This document shows, piece by piece, positions 47,701-57,934 of a stretch of 64,000 nt of DNA. Every line of letters begins with the position of its first letter. Position 1 is the first letter of the stretch. The notes beneath the pieces were generated by a model. The model made no database searches. It was not told the origin of the DNA and saw nothing but the letters and a program-made list of their open reading frames with translations. Origin of the DNA: Amoebophrya sp. A120 (Eukaryota; Protista; Dinoflagellata); contig CAJINV010000003.1 in NCBI GenBank assembly GCA_905178155.1, positions 10,346,339-10,410,338 on the forward strand, read 5' to 3'. Both the position numbers and the translations under genes were made by a program.

Positions 47701-50700
47701 CCTCCGATATCGGCGGCCACGGTGAGCTCTGCAAGCTCGTTGCGAGCCAGCAGACATTTAACGCAACGTGCGAACAGCTGCCGCCGTGGCGGGAAGATCA
47801 TGGTTGCTGCAGACGTCGACCTTCAACAAGAAGTCTCACCCAAGCTGGCCGCAGGGGTTGTGGATATCAATAGTAGCAAGGGCGGCCCCTCGTCCTCCTC
47901 CTCGTGGTCAGGCGGAGCGACCTCGACTAGAGACCCGAGGCCAATAGACGGTATACGGAAGGTCGAAGCTGCCCGTCCCTCCGAACAAGAAGAGGACACA
48001 GCTTTCCGTAGAAGTCTATCTACGATGCGCAGGACGACAATGCCGACCACGAACTCTTCCAGAGCGGCTTCGAAAGAGAAGACTGTGCCAGGAATACTCG
48101 GAGTTGCGGTTTTACCAGAATTATGCTCCACCAATGCCAATGCGAGAGCGAGTACGATTACGAGTGCTAGAAGAACAGATGCTACGACCCCTGCTGGAGC
48201 GCGCCCAAGTAGACCTTCAGGAAGCAAAACTGCATTAGCATCCATCTCAAGGCGGCGGAAAACGAAAACTTCCGCAGGCGATCCAGAAGCTAGCTGTAGT
48301 GCTGCTAGTACTGATGACACCGCGAACAATCAGAATCAACGCAATCGGCATCGAAGTGACATTCCAAGTTCCATGGGTAGTGGCAGGCCCACGTCAGCCT
48401 CTGCAACTCGGAGCACCGTCTTACGACCTTCTCAAATGTTCAAGGTCGAGTTGCTTTCCCAACGTGTTGCTCCTTTTTTGCATGTTTGGGATGCAACATC
48501 CTTTTTGTTCTCGCGGATCGTGCTTCCGAGTAGATATTAGCTCGAGCAGGTCACGAACCCAATAAAAAGAGCCGAACGACGACCAAATTTGTTAGTCAGT
48601 GTTGAGGCTTCGCAGCACAGTAGCTATTCACTGTATCTGAGTCGGCTGGTGCAAAGCGCTGCTTTATCTCCTGGGCACTTCTAGACAAAACTGGCGGAAG
48701 TGCAGCCGGAAGGTCGAGTTATGTGATACATCTGCACGGAAAAGAAAGGCATACCGAGGTGAGCCAGGGTAGCTGATGCCGTCATTGTCATTCACGGCCA
48801 AAAGAAAAATAAAAATAATTAAAATACTTTTGAGCTGCTTCACGTTAAGCACCCCTGAGAAGGCCATACGTCTCCGACTTTCTCGACGGATTTTTGGCAG
48901 CCGACGACGACGACGAATTTTTGAACACGCGCTTGGACCAGTACCTCGCCGATACGCGACTGAGCACGGACAATCAAGCCATTCAGGCCAAGTCCTTCCT
49001 CGAAGACGACGTGGACCCCGCGCACGCGTTGAGCCTGCAGCGCGAGATTTTTGCAGGCGGCGATGTAGTTTTCGGAGGCGAGGTGATGTGCGAGCCTGCA
49101 GCGCCGTTATGGATGGAGCAGGAGCAAGGAGAAGGATGTCGTTCTTTCGACGTAGCAGGATTAAAAGATATTGATACTCCTCCTTGTTTGGTCACTACCT
49201 TTAAGGGTTTTGACGCTCGGCATTTACCCGAAGTGGAAGACGCATTCGCTAGCATCAATGTCGCTCAAAAGAAGTACAGCGCGATCATGAGATCGAATCT
49301 CGCGAACGGCGCCCTTCGCGGTTCGCGGACGCAAGGAGGTAAGGAATTTCAGGACGACCAGGACGAGCACCCGAAATTTTTGAATTCCGGCCCTGTCTCG
49401 ATTGACCGGTCTTGTGACGTTCAGCACCACCAGCAGCAGCTCCTGCAGACGACGGTAAACACATCGCGGAACACAACAAGAAACCAATACCTCGCTGCCC
49501 CTGCGGCCAACGACGGTGGTGGAAAAAATGCAAACGGAACGTCGACCGGAGCACAGGCATATCCTGTAGTGTGTTCTCCTACGGCCGCGCATGCGTACGG
49601 TCAGAGCTGCAGCCCGGAACGAGCGGAGAACCTTCGTCTCGAAAATGAGCGCCTCTCCGAGCAGGTGAAGGAGCTGCAAGAGTTATATTGTGTAAAAGCG
49701 TATGATTATGCACCCAAGAGTTGTCACGCAGATCTAGCATAAGCTACTGTACTACTCCTACCGCTCGTGCTTGCGAATGGATCGATGCGCTGCAAGTGTT
49801 TTGTCCCGCATCGGCATCGCCCTGCCGGTGGTGCGGTCCAGCCACAGCCTCCTCCGATATCAGGTGTGCAAAGGGAGAGGTTTGTGGTCCACCAATTAAG
49901 TATCGCTGGATCTTCCGTCGCAAAAAAGTGTGGTGCGAAACGGATTGGCCGCTGGATCATATTTTATGGTGCGGCGCCTTGGCCTTTCACGTCGGCGACT
50001 GGTCGTGGGTAGGTCCCAACGACTTTTACAGGCGGCCAGAAGTGCCCAGCTGCCTTTCCACCCCGCCGGGATATGCTTAGCCTGTGGCGCCGGGGGTGGT
50101 GACCATGACATGTGCAGGATGACGATGACCATGAATGATTCATGACACTGAAGATTTTGCGGCTCCCGCTCCCCGTGCAAGGAGTTCGCTACTGTTCGGC
50201 GGAACAAGTAGGGGTCGTGCCGCTTCTCAAGTACAAGTGAGTATGATGATACAGATGAACTAAGATTAACGGAAAGTGTTTGTGATTGTAGCAGGGCTAC
50301 CACCACTACAGTTACAACACCCATGTTGCGGAAGATCCAAGTTAGTTGTGTGACATGCACCTGCAACGCTCAAAGCATTGCTTGATCTCTGTGCTTGCAC
50401 TTCGCATCGACTTGCACAAAAACTTTTCCCCATCTTGATCTACTTGAACATGGGTTGGCTACGTTTTTACTCAGTGTAATGGTCTCGAAGTTCGCTGGAA
50501 AATCGTATCAAGGCTGCTGAACTGATGGCCGCAAAATATGAAAGCCTTAGCTGGAACAAGTTCAACTGGAACGATTCGCGTCGCGAGGTCTGACTCTGGG
50601 TGGTTTTCAGCGTGAAAAACGTAAGTATCCAACTTCGCACTGCATGCGCATAGAAACTATCTATCTTACAGCTACAAACTCAAATTCTGTCGGGCCACTC

Positions 50701-53700
50701 GCTAGAAGTGGCAGCAGTGCATATTTTTAAAGGGTCATGTGAACTGCCGCTGGACAGGGACTTTGCCTCTGCCCCGCCTTCTGTCGTAAGACAAGACTGG
50801 GCTTTGCATCGGATATTGCCAAATATGTACTCAAACAATCGACGGCAGTCCCCGGGCCCCTCATTGAATCCGCAAAAGGGAAAGCGCGCCGGCCGTGCCG
50901 ATAATTCTTCAAATTTTGCGCCGCCGCCCATGCATTTTCTCGCGAGCAGAATGACCCCAGCCGCGCGCTCGGATATTTTGGCACGGACCCAGCAATGGGG
51001 GCGCGGGGCTTTGACAATGGCAAAGCGTTCGCCTCTATCCGGATATTGTTTGCCGAACCAATATCATTCAACTTCAAACATCAATCGACCACGCCACTCG
51101 CTCCCCGGGCCCCTCATTGAATCCGCGAAATTGCGTCGGTCGCGCCAGTAATTCCTAAGATTTTGCGCCGTCGCCCATTTTCTCGCCCGCGAGCAGAATG
51201 GCCCCAGCGCGCCCAGGTATTTTGGCGCGGATTCAATGGAGGCGCGGGGCTTTGAACATGGAGAAGCGTTTGCCTATATCCGACACAGCTTCCGCTTGTA
51301 TTTGCTCCAGCTGAGCACGTCACACAAAATCGACCCTGGGAGACTCGGACCCCGATAAAGTCAATGTGGGCGCGGTATTAACTACCTGCTATTCCTTCGA
51401 TAGATTAAGATTTACCAAAAAGTTACTAAAAAATCTAAATCGGTACAGTATATATGCTTCTCGCTGCAACAGGTAGCTACTCACGTTTTCTTTCGGCAAC
51501 CGCAACCCGACCGAAAAAAAACACAGCAAAAACAAGAAGTCCATTTGAAGCGGCGCGCCGTTGCCTGCGGTTCCCGGGCAGCTTTCGCTATGCGGTCGGG
51601 ATCTGGGTTTTGGTCGAGCACCAGCCTGAAGGAAAAGGCTTCCCGTTGACTATGGCGACTGCCGCTGCGACAAGTTGAGTCAATGAATTGCTACTCCACT
51701 CTGACTCTAGATACAAGGCCGCAGCTTATGTCGCGCAGTGGGAGGGTGAGCGAGTGGACAGGGGGGAAAGAAAAACGCCAGAGGATGGGCAAGGGAAAAG
51801 ATTTCTGAGGCAGGGCGGGGCCAAGCATCTGCGCCGCTTCTAGTTGAAAGAACCAAGGCGGAGCGCCATGGCGCCCGTGGTAGTTCCCGTCGTTGTGCGA
51901 CCGCGAGGACCCCGCCCGCATTGGGCGCGCGCCCGAGGCGGCAAGCCTTAGGCCCAACAGCGCAAAGGCAAAGCGCGGCAGCGGGCGGGCCCCAGTGGAC
52001 GGGGGAAGGAAGCAGGAGAACAGCCCGCGCCATGCGCGGCGCCTGCGCGCGACGCCCTGGCCGCGCGTTTGCTGTGTGAGCGGCCCGTCCGTGCCGCCTG
52101 CCGGTGCGCCGGCCCTGCCCCTGCGCGCCTTCATGCTCTCCCGTCCATCTCCCGCGCGCAGCCTTGCAGGACAGGGGCGCGCTCCTGGGGCCCCTGCCGC
52201 GCGTGAGGGTAGAGGACGGGCGCCGGGGCGGGGCATTCATTGTTTTCCAGGCGCTTGGGCCCACCAACCTCCCCCCGCACCCCCCGGACAACTATGGCTC
52301 CCCACGCGCTGGCCCGCACGCAATCTGTTCCGCTCCCGCCTTCCCTCGCGCGCAGCCAGCCCCCAAGACAGAAACGGCGGACGGTGGCGCCCTCCTACCG
52401 CCCCCCCGCGAACAGGGGGGGGGGCGTCGGGGGAGGGTGGTGGGCAGCTGCCCGCCTCCCCGCCTGGTGTTAGTTGGGGCGCGGTGGGTCTGCCCCGTGG
52501 GCCGATGCTTCCCGGCTTCTTTCCCCTTGCCCCGCGCCCGCCTTCCCCGTGCTTCCCGCTTTCCCCGTGCTTCCCGCNNNNNNNNNNNNNNNNNNNNNNN
52601 NNNNNNNNNNNNNNNNNNNNNNNNNNNNNNNNNNNNNNNNNNNNNNNNNNNNNNNNNNNNNNNNNNNNNNNNNNNNNNNNNNNNNNNNNNNNNNNNNNNN
52701 NNNNNNNNNNNNNNNNNNNNNNNNNNNNNNNNNNNNNNNNNNNNNNNNNNNNNNNNNNNNNNNNNNNNNNNNNNNNNNNNNNNNNNNNNNNNNNNNNNNN
52801 NNNNNNNNNNNNNNNNNNNNNNNNNNNNNNNNNNNNNNNNNNNNNNNNNNNNNNNNNNNNNNNNNNNNNNNNNNNNNNNNNNNNNNNNNNNNNNNNNNNN
52901 NNNNNNNNNNNNNNNNNNNNNNNNNNNNNNNNNNNNNNNNNNNNNNNNNNNNNNNNNNNNNNNNNNNNNNNNNNNNNNNNNNNNNNNNNNNNGCCCCCCG
53001 CTTTCAAAGCTGCAAAAACGGGGGAAGCGGTATCTTTGGAAGGTTGTTGCGAAATATTTTCTGGCCAGAATATTTTTCGAGGGCTGCAAAATATTTCGGC
53101 TTGCGAAGTATTTTGACTTGCGAAGTTTTTATTTTGGCTTGCAAAATATTCCGACTTGCGAAATAATTCGACTGGTGAAATTTTTTGGCTTGCGAAATCT
53201 TTTGCGTTGCAAAATATTTCGAGTTGCGAAATATCTTGAGTCGCGAAATGTTTTGCGTTGCAGAGTATTTTTTCGGGTTGGGAAATATTTGAAGTCGTGG
53301 CAAAACGTTTTGCGTTGCAAAATAGTCGGGAGTTCGGCGATGGGAATTGGGCGACGAAGGTTGGCAATCCAGCGATGGGAGTTGGGAGCCCGTGCGTTCT
53401 GCTCTCCCCGTGCCCTCCGCCTTCAGAGCTGCAAAAACGGGGGAAGCGGTTTCTTCGGGGGGTTGTTGCGAAATATTTTCTGGTCAGAATATTCTCCGAG
53501 GGTTGAGAAATATTCTGAGTTGCAAAATATTCCGACTTCCAAAATATTTCGACTTGTAAAATATTTTGCGTTGCAAAATATTTCGAGTTGCGAAATATTT
53601 TGCGTTGCAGAGTATTTTGATTCGCAAAATATTGCGAGTTGCAAAATATTTCGCGTTGCAAAATAGTTGGGCGATGGGCATTGGGCGATGAAAGTTGGGA

Positions 53701-56700
53701 GCTGGGCGATGGGGTTTGGGAAGTGGGCGACGGGAGTTGGGGGCTAAGCGATGGGGGTGGTGGCGAGTTTGGCGGTGGGATATGCGAATTGGGCGATGGG
53801 AGTTGGGCGGTGGGCGGTGAGCGATTTCGCAAGTCGCGGAATTTTTGGGAAGTTTGAAAATTGTAGAAAAATTTTCGGCGTGGATGATTTTCCTCCCCGT
53901 CGCAAAGTTTTAACTCACGCCGCTCAGCAATAGGAGTTATAGATGGATACCTGGCTCATATGTTGAGCAGACTCAATGGAGTGTTTTCCTACTCGTGCTA
54001 AATAAAGATACAGCCTCCGCGCCTGCTGCTGCGCAGCGGGCTCTGTGCATCGGCCTTGTTCCGGCAGAGTCCTGCGGCCTCTTCCTCGCTACCGGTTGCC
54101 TGCCCCCGCTCTGCAGCAGTCGTGTGCGAATGGCCGCGGGGAACAAGGCTGGCGGGGCTCCCTCATCTTTCCCCGCCCCCACCTGCCGCCAAAAAGTAGC
54201 TGCTTGCTAGCCGCTGGCCGCGTGGAACCTCGCGGGGCCGCTCTACTTGCCGCTCCCTCGCCAGCGCCGCCGCTGCTCGCCTGCCGCACACACAGACCGC
54301 GCTCGGCTTTACTGTGGTGCACATCATGAGCGATTGCGTGTACGCATTAATTTTAATACGCGCGCACACCGGGCCCAACTGGCACCAAGCAGTTTTTTTC
54401 TCCTAGGTTTAGGTTTAGGTAGGCCGCCACCGCCGCCGGCACGGGATGGCTGTCGACGCGACCGCCTCACCTTCGATCCGCGCCACCACCCTCATCTGCT
54501 GCTCGAGATCGATCCAGAAAGGGTGTAGTTTAGGTGTCAGGGTTTAGGAACCAATTTTAATACGCGCGCGCACACAAAAATAGACGCAATAGATTCGCAA
54601 GCGCGCGCTACGCATCTTGACCGACTACGTTGTCTGCTTTTATTGTCTCATTGTCATTCTTTATCGTTGATATGAAGCTTTTTTTTTGTTCGAGTAGTAA
54701 TACTTATCTTTGAATTTGAAGATGGTTATTCTAACAAACTCCTTTGCAGGTGAAGTCAGCTCTGGAGGTGTGGGCTCACCAGCGAAGAGACGAAGCAGTG
54801 GCCTTGAAAAAGGAGGTACAAGACCTGAAGAAAAAAAAGTTTATGATGCTGGCTATGCTGAAAACGAAAAGCCCAGGTGGAGGATCGACACGTCAGAATT
54901 GATCAGATTATGAAGAGGGAAATCGAAGTCTGCTATATTCGCTGATACAGACGCGCTGCAGAAGTATGACTATCTTCTGACGCAATTTTACTTTTATGAT
55001 TATTTTGTAGGATGAATACTAGTGATAGAAAGAAATTAGAAATAGACCTAGACCCAAACCATAAGGAAAACTCAATGTCGATGTAAAATCTATAATGGTC
55101 TCCTGCCGCTGTTTATTTCCTTTCTGTTCCCTTTCGCAGCACCTTGACTAGCCACGTGACTCTGAGTACTGAACTTACACAACATAATAAAGTCGAGCTG
55201 AAGAATGATAATCTTCGAGAGTTCAGCGACGCCAACGCTGTCTACTGTACATCATAAGACTTACTTTAAGTTTAAGTTGAGTGGGGTGACAATTGGAGCA
55301 ACTACGACTAACTCGGATCTCCGAGTTAGTCGTGTGGCCGGCTGAATCCGGGTGGCCGGGCGACTAACTCGGGACTGTAAGTCGGAGAGCTTTTGTCTCT
55401 AGAGATTTCGCAAGTGATGACTTCCCCTAAATAGACTTTGGCTTTATCTTTTTGATGCTTCGAGCAGCGCCAATCTAGCGCGAGTGATTATCAGTATCGA
55501 AAAACCAGTTGCCAGGAAACTACAGTGACCGAGAACTGGGAGCTTTCGAGTGCATCTGCATAATACGTGACGAATAATTTCGCTCTGCGTCCTCCTGAAA
55601 AAGGCCAAATGCTAATGCAGCTGCGTGAGTTGTATTAAGTGCTATGATATCGTGCATGCATGAGTACAGTAGTACTTAAGTATGTAAAAAGGACATCAGA
55701 AGAAAAAGGAAAAAGTCGATGATGTTGATGAACATTCAGGAAGTTGTGTTCTTTTCGGAAGAAAAATAGTGATACTAGTCAGTACAAATGTATAATATAG
55801 ACTAGGGCATCTGGTCGTGGACATGTAGACATAGCCGATTGCGGCTAGTACACAATGAGAGCGGATAGTTTGGCAGCTACTTTTACATTTTCATTCTTTG
55901 CACGAAAAAGAACCTACAGGCCGAGGAAAAGGAACGGAAGCTGCCGGCATGCGGCCGGTGGACTAAGTAAGCAAAACGGCGACGAACTACATACCCCCCG
56001 CCCCCTTCGCCTTCCCTGAAGCGAACACGCAGCGCACAGACGACACGGCCGGGCCCAACACGCCGCGGGCGGTCCCCCGGCTGCGCCACGGGGGGCCACC
56101 ACCAGCGTGGCCGATCGCCCAATACGCTTGGCGCCACCATGCCCGGTCGCGCGCCGACGTAGCGGTAGCTACCTGCGACCTCTCACAGCTCTCATGCGAG
56201 CGCAATAGTGCTCGTTAGGAAAAAATCGATGCCACTCCATAGGTTGTGGTCGCAATCCACCGTACGCGTACGAAATTCTGCGCGCGAGTGCATTGGATGA
56301 GCTGCGAACGGAACAGTGAGGCTGCTTTCCTGCTTAGTCACTTGAGGCATCCTGTTGACACAGTGAATAAAGTTAAAGACCCGGACGAAAATTACGCTTC
56401 CATTCCAACAAACAAACAAACAAACAAACAGACAAGGCTCGACTTAGAAGGGTGTAGACTTCTACTGTCTTATTTTCATGATTTTCCCTGGGAAAGGAAC
56501 ACTCCCTGCAGAGTCAAGAGAAGAAGAAGTGCATCGCTCAGTAGTTTTTGTCTTTCTTCATTACATGGACCGAGATTGAGTGGAAAAAATTGAGGAGACG
56601 AGAAGCAAGATGAGAATTTTTATATGCTCTCCGGTGCTGGTAGGCGTACCTATAATTCTGGTGGTGCGTTGTACTTGTATGCGAACAGAAACGAGACACA

Positions 56701-57649
56701 ATTGTATAGATCCATACCCACTTTTTATATTTATATTAATATCTTTGATTTGAATTCGCGATCACTTCGCAGAACACTTCTTTTTTCTCGAACGCGAGGA
56801 CATCACAGCTCCTTGCTTTTTGGACTATTGAGTAAGTACATTATCGACTTCATGATGCCTGCGCTGTATTCTTGTTTTTTGGGTATTATGCGAGCGAATA
56901 ATGGCAAAGACGATGAAGAAGTAGATCCGCGGTGGTCGGGGATGGCTTTTTCATTTGCTCCTACACTCTGACAGAGGACGACTAGGCTGTTATGCCTAGT
57001 TGGTTTTGAATCTAATGAAAATTTTTGATTTCATGCTCATGTTGTATATGGTCTTCTGATGTTTCTTGATCTTGGCGGAGATTGATATTTCATGTACACA
57101 CCTAAAGAACAAATTATTTCTGCAGTCGAATTAAATATTCCATTTATAACGTAGCATCGTAATTGTTGCAAGAATAATTAATAAATTGTCGCGACTGTCG
57201 TTGGTGGGGAATAAAGCAAGCTTGGAGTATCGTGATAGTGTGTCTCGTCTGTCGTCATTTTTTTGCTAGCAGAAATAGAAAAGCGGCAACTCCACTTCCG
57301 AATCCCATTCAATAGTGCATTTCTTTGAGAAGTTATACGAGAAGCGACCCGATTTGTGTATCAGGTTGCAGAGACAGACACTTCTTGATGCGAACTCAGT
57401 CAGTCGAGCGCGCCGCATTGTCTGTGTCGCTCTTGTTTACTCCTTACGAAGTAACCACTATCCAGATTCGCATTTAGATTTATTTTTGTCCGCCAGTTTT
57501 GCACTTAATACTAATAGTATTTACCAAACACTTTTTCACTTTCTCTTTCTGTCGGTGGCGGCTCACACTTTTACAAGACGCGACTGCGAAAACATCGGCG
57601 TCCCGAGGCAGTAGAGGAGATTTGTGGCCAGATCGCGGCGCACGAGTAA
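41773..57649 (+). CDS. Kinesin motor protein with long low-complexity tail (about 10 exons)
   Basis: [28 protein letters not shown] (P-loop), [26 protein letters not shown] (switch I), LVDLAGSER (switch II), [22 protein letters not shown]. Exons 41773-42191, 43208-43689, 44484-45262, 45476-45710, 45936-46784, 47150-48421, 48874-49681, then less certain 50491-50587, 54750-54815, 57578-57649 (TAA). Confidence 0.85.
42192..43202 (+). mobile_element. 1011-bp TAT...ATA introner (kinesin intron 1)
   Basis: Flanks GTCCT/CTCCT, weak inverted ends. Removal restores FRYNGVL|[10 protein letters not shown], equivalent to the kinesin F.FD.VF....Q.EVY motif. Confidence 0.8.
43690..44478 (+). mobile_element. 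789-bp TAT...ATA introner (kinesin intron 2)
   Basis: Flanks GTGCA/ATGCA. Ends TATTATGTCGGCCTCCGCTA vs TATCCGAGGCTTTCATA. Removal is in frame (SC|[16 protein letters not shown]) and skips the TAA at 44477. Confidence 0.75.
43922..43974. repeat. Perfect 25-bp-arm palindrome with 3-nt loop
   Basis: GATAGGGCTTCTAAAGTAGCACGAC-GAC-GTCGTGCTACTTTAGAAGCCCTATC. Confidence 0.95.
48422..48868 (+). mobile_element. 447-bp TAC...ATA introner (kinesin intron 6)
   Basis: Perfect repeat CGTCT (48417-48421 / 48869-48873). TIR TACGACCTTCTCA vs TGAGAAGGCCATA. Removal gives STVS|[13 protein letters not shown] in frame, whereas the nearby GT-AG pair gives the wrong frame. Confidence 0.88.
50800..51285 (+). repeat. 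Tandem duplication of ~250 bp inside a kinesin intron
   Basis: CCCCGGGCCCCTCATTGAATCCGC..TTTTGCGCCG..GCGAGCAGAATG..GGCGCGGGGCTTTGA occurs at ~50850 and ~51102. Confidence 0.8.
52578..52992. other. Assembly gap (415 N)
   Basis: Run of N. Confidence 1.
53000..53941. mobile_element. Right arm of a repeat-rich TIR/foldback-like element ending ...GCTCAGCAATAGGAGTTATA
   Basis: Arrays of TTGCAAAATATTT and GGGCGATGGG in two duplicated blocks (~53008 and ~53427). The terminal region is the reverse complement of 63761 onward. Confidence 0.75.
55304..55333. repeat. 14-bp-arm palindrome with a third arm copy at 55361-55372
   Basis: ACGACTAACTCGGA-TC-TCCGAGTTAGTCGT. Confidence 0.85.
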
Positions 57650-57934
57650 AAGCACTTCTGCGTGGGCAGTTATTGCTCGTCCAGTTGCTCCAATCGCCGT
57701 GCGCCCGGACGAGACAAAGGGGCTAGCTGTGGGAGCGGGCAAGTTTTTACAGCTGTTGCTGGGTAAGTTGAGGGAAGGTTTTCTCGACATGTGGAAACAT
57801 ACAAGAACAGCTTCGGCTTCTCATCTTTCGGATTGAAGCTAGTCGCTCGGAATTCGGCCAGGGCACGACGCGCGGTTAGGACGCATTGGTTCTTCGATAC
57901 ACACGAGTAGCACACGACGACGCAGCGGCCCATC

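Noticed and set aside
48445-48862. Apparent canonical AAG|GT...AG intron in kinesin
   Set aside because: It leads into the wrong frame (AIRLRLSRR...). The CGTCT-flanked element at 48422-48868 gives the long acidic frame.
52104-53832. Long ORFs of 400-530 aa on both strands
   Set aside because: They span the N gap and consist of translated tandem repeats.
54402-54550. TTTAGG repeats resembling telomeric sequence
   Set aside because: Only 2-4 short copies and not a TTTAGGG array; too weak to call.
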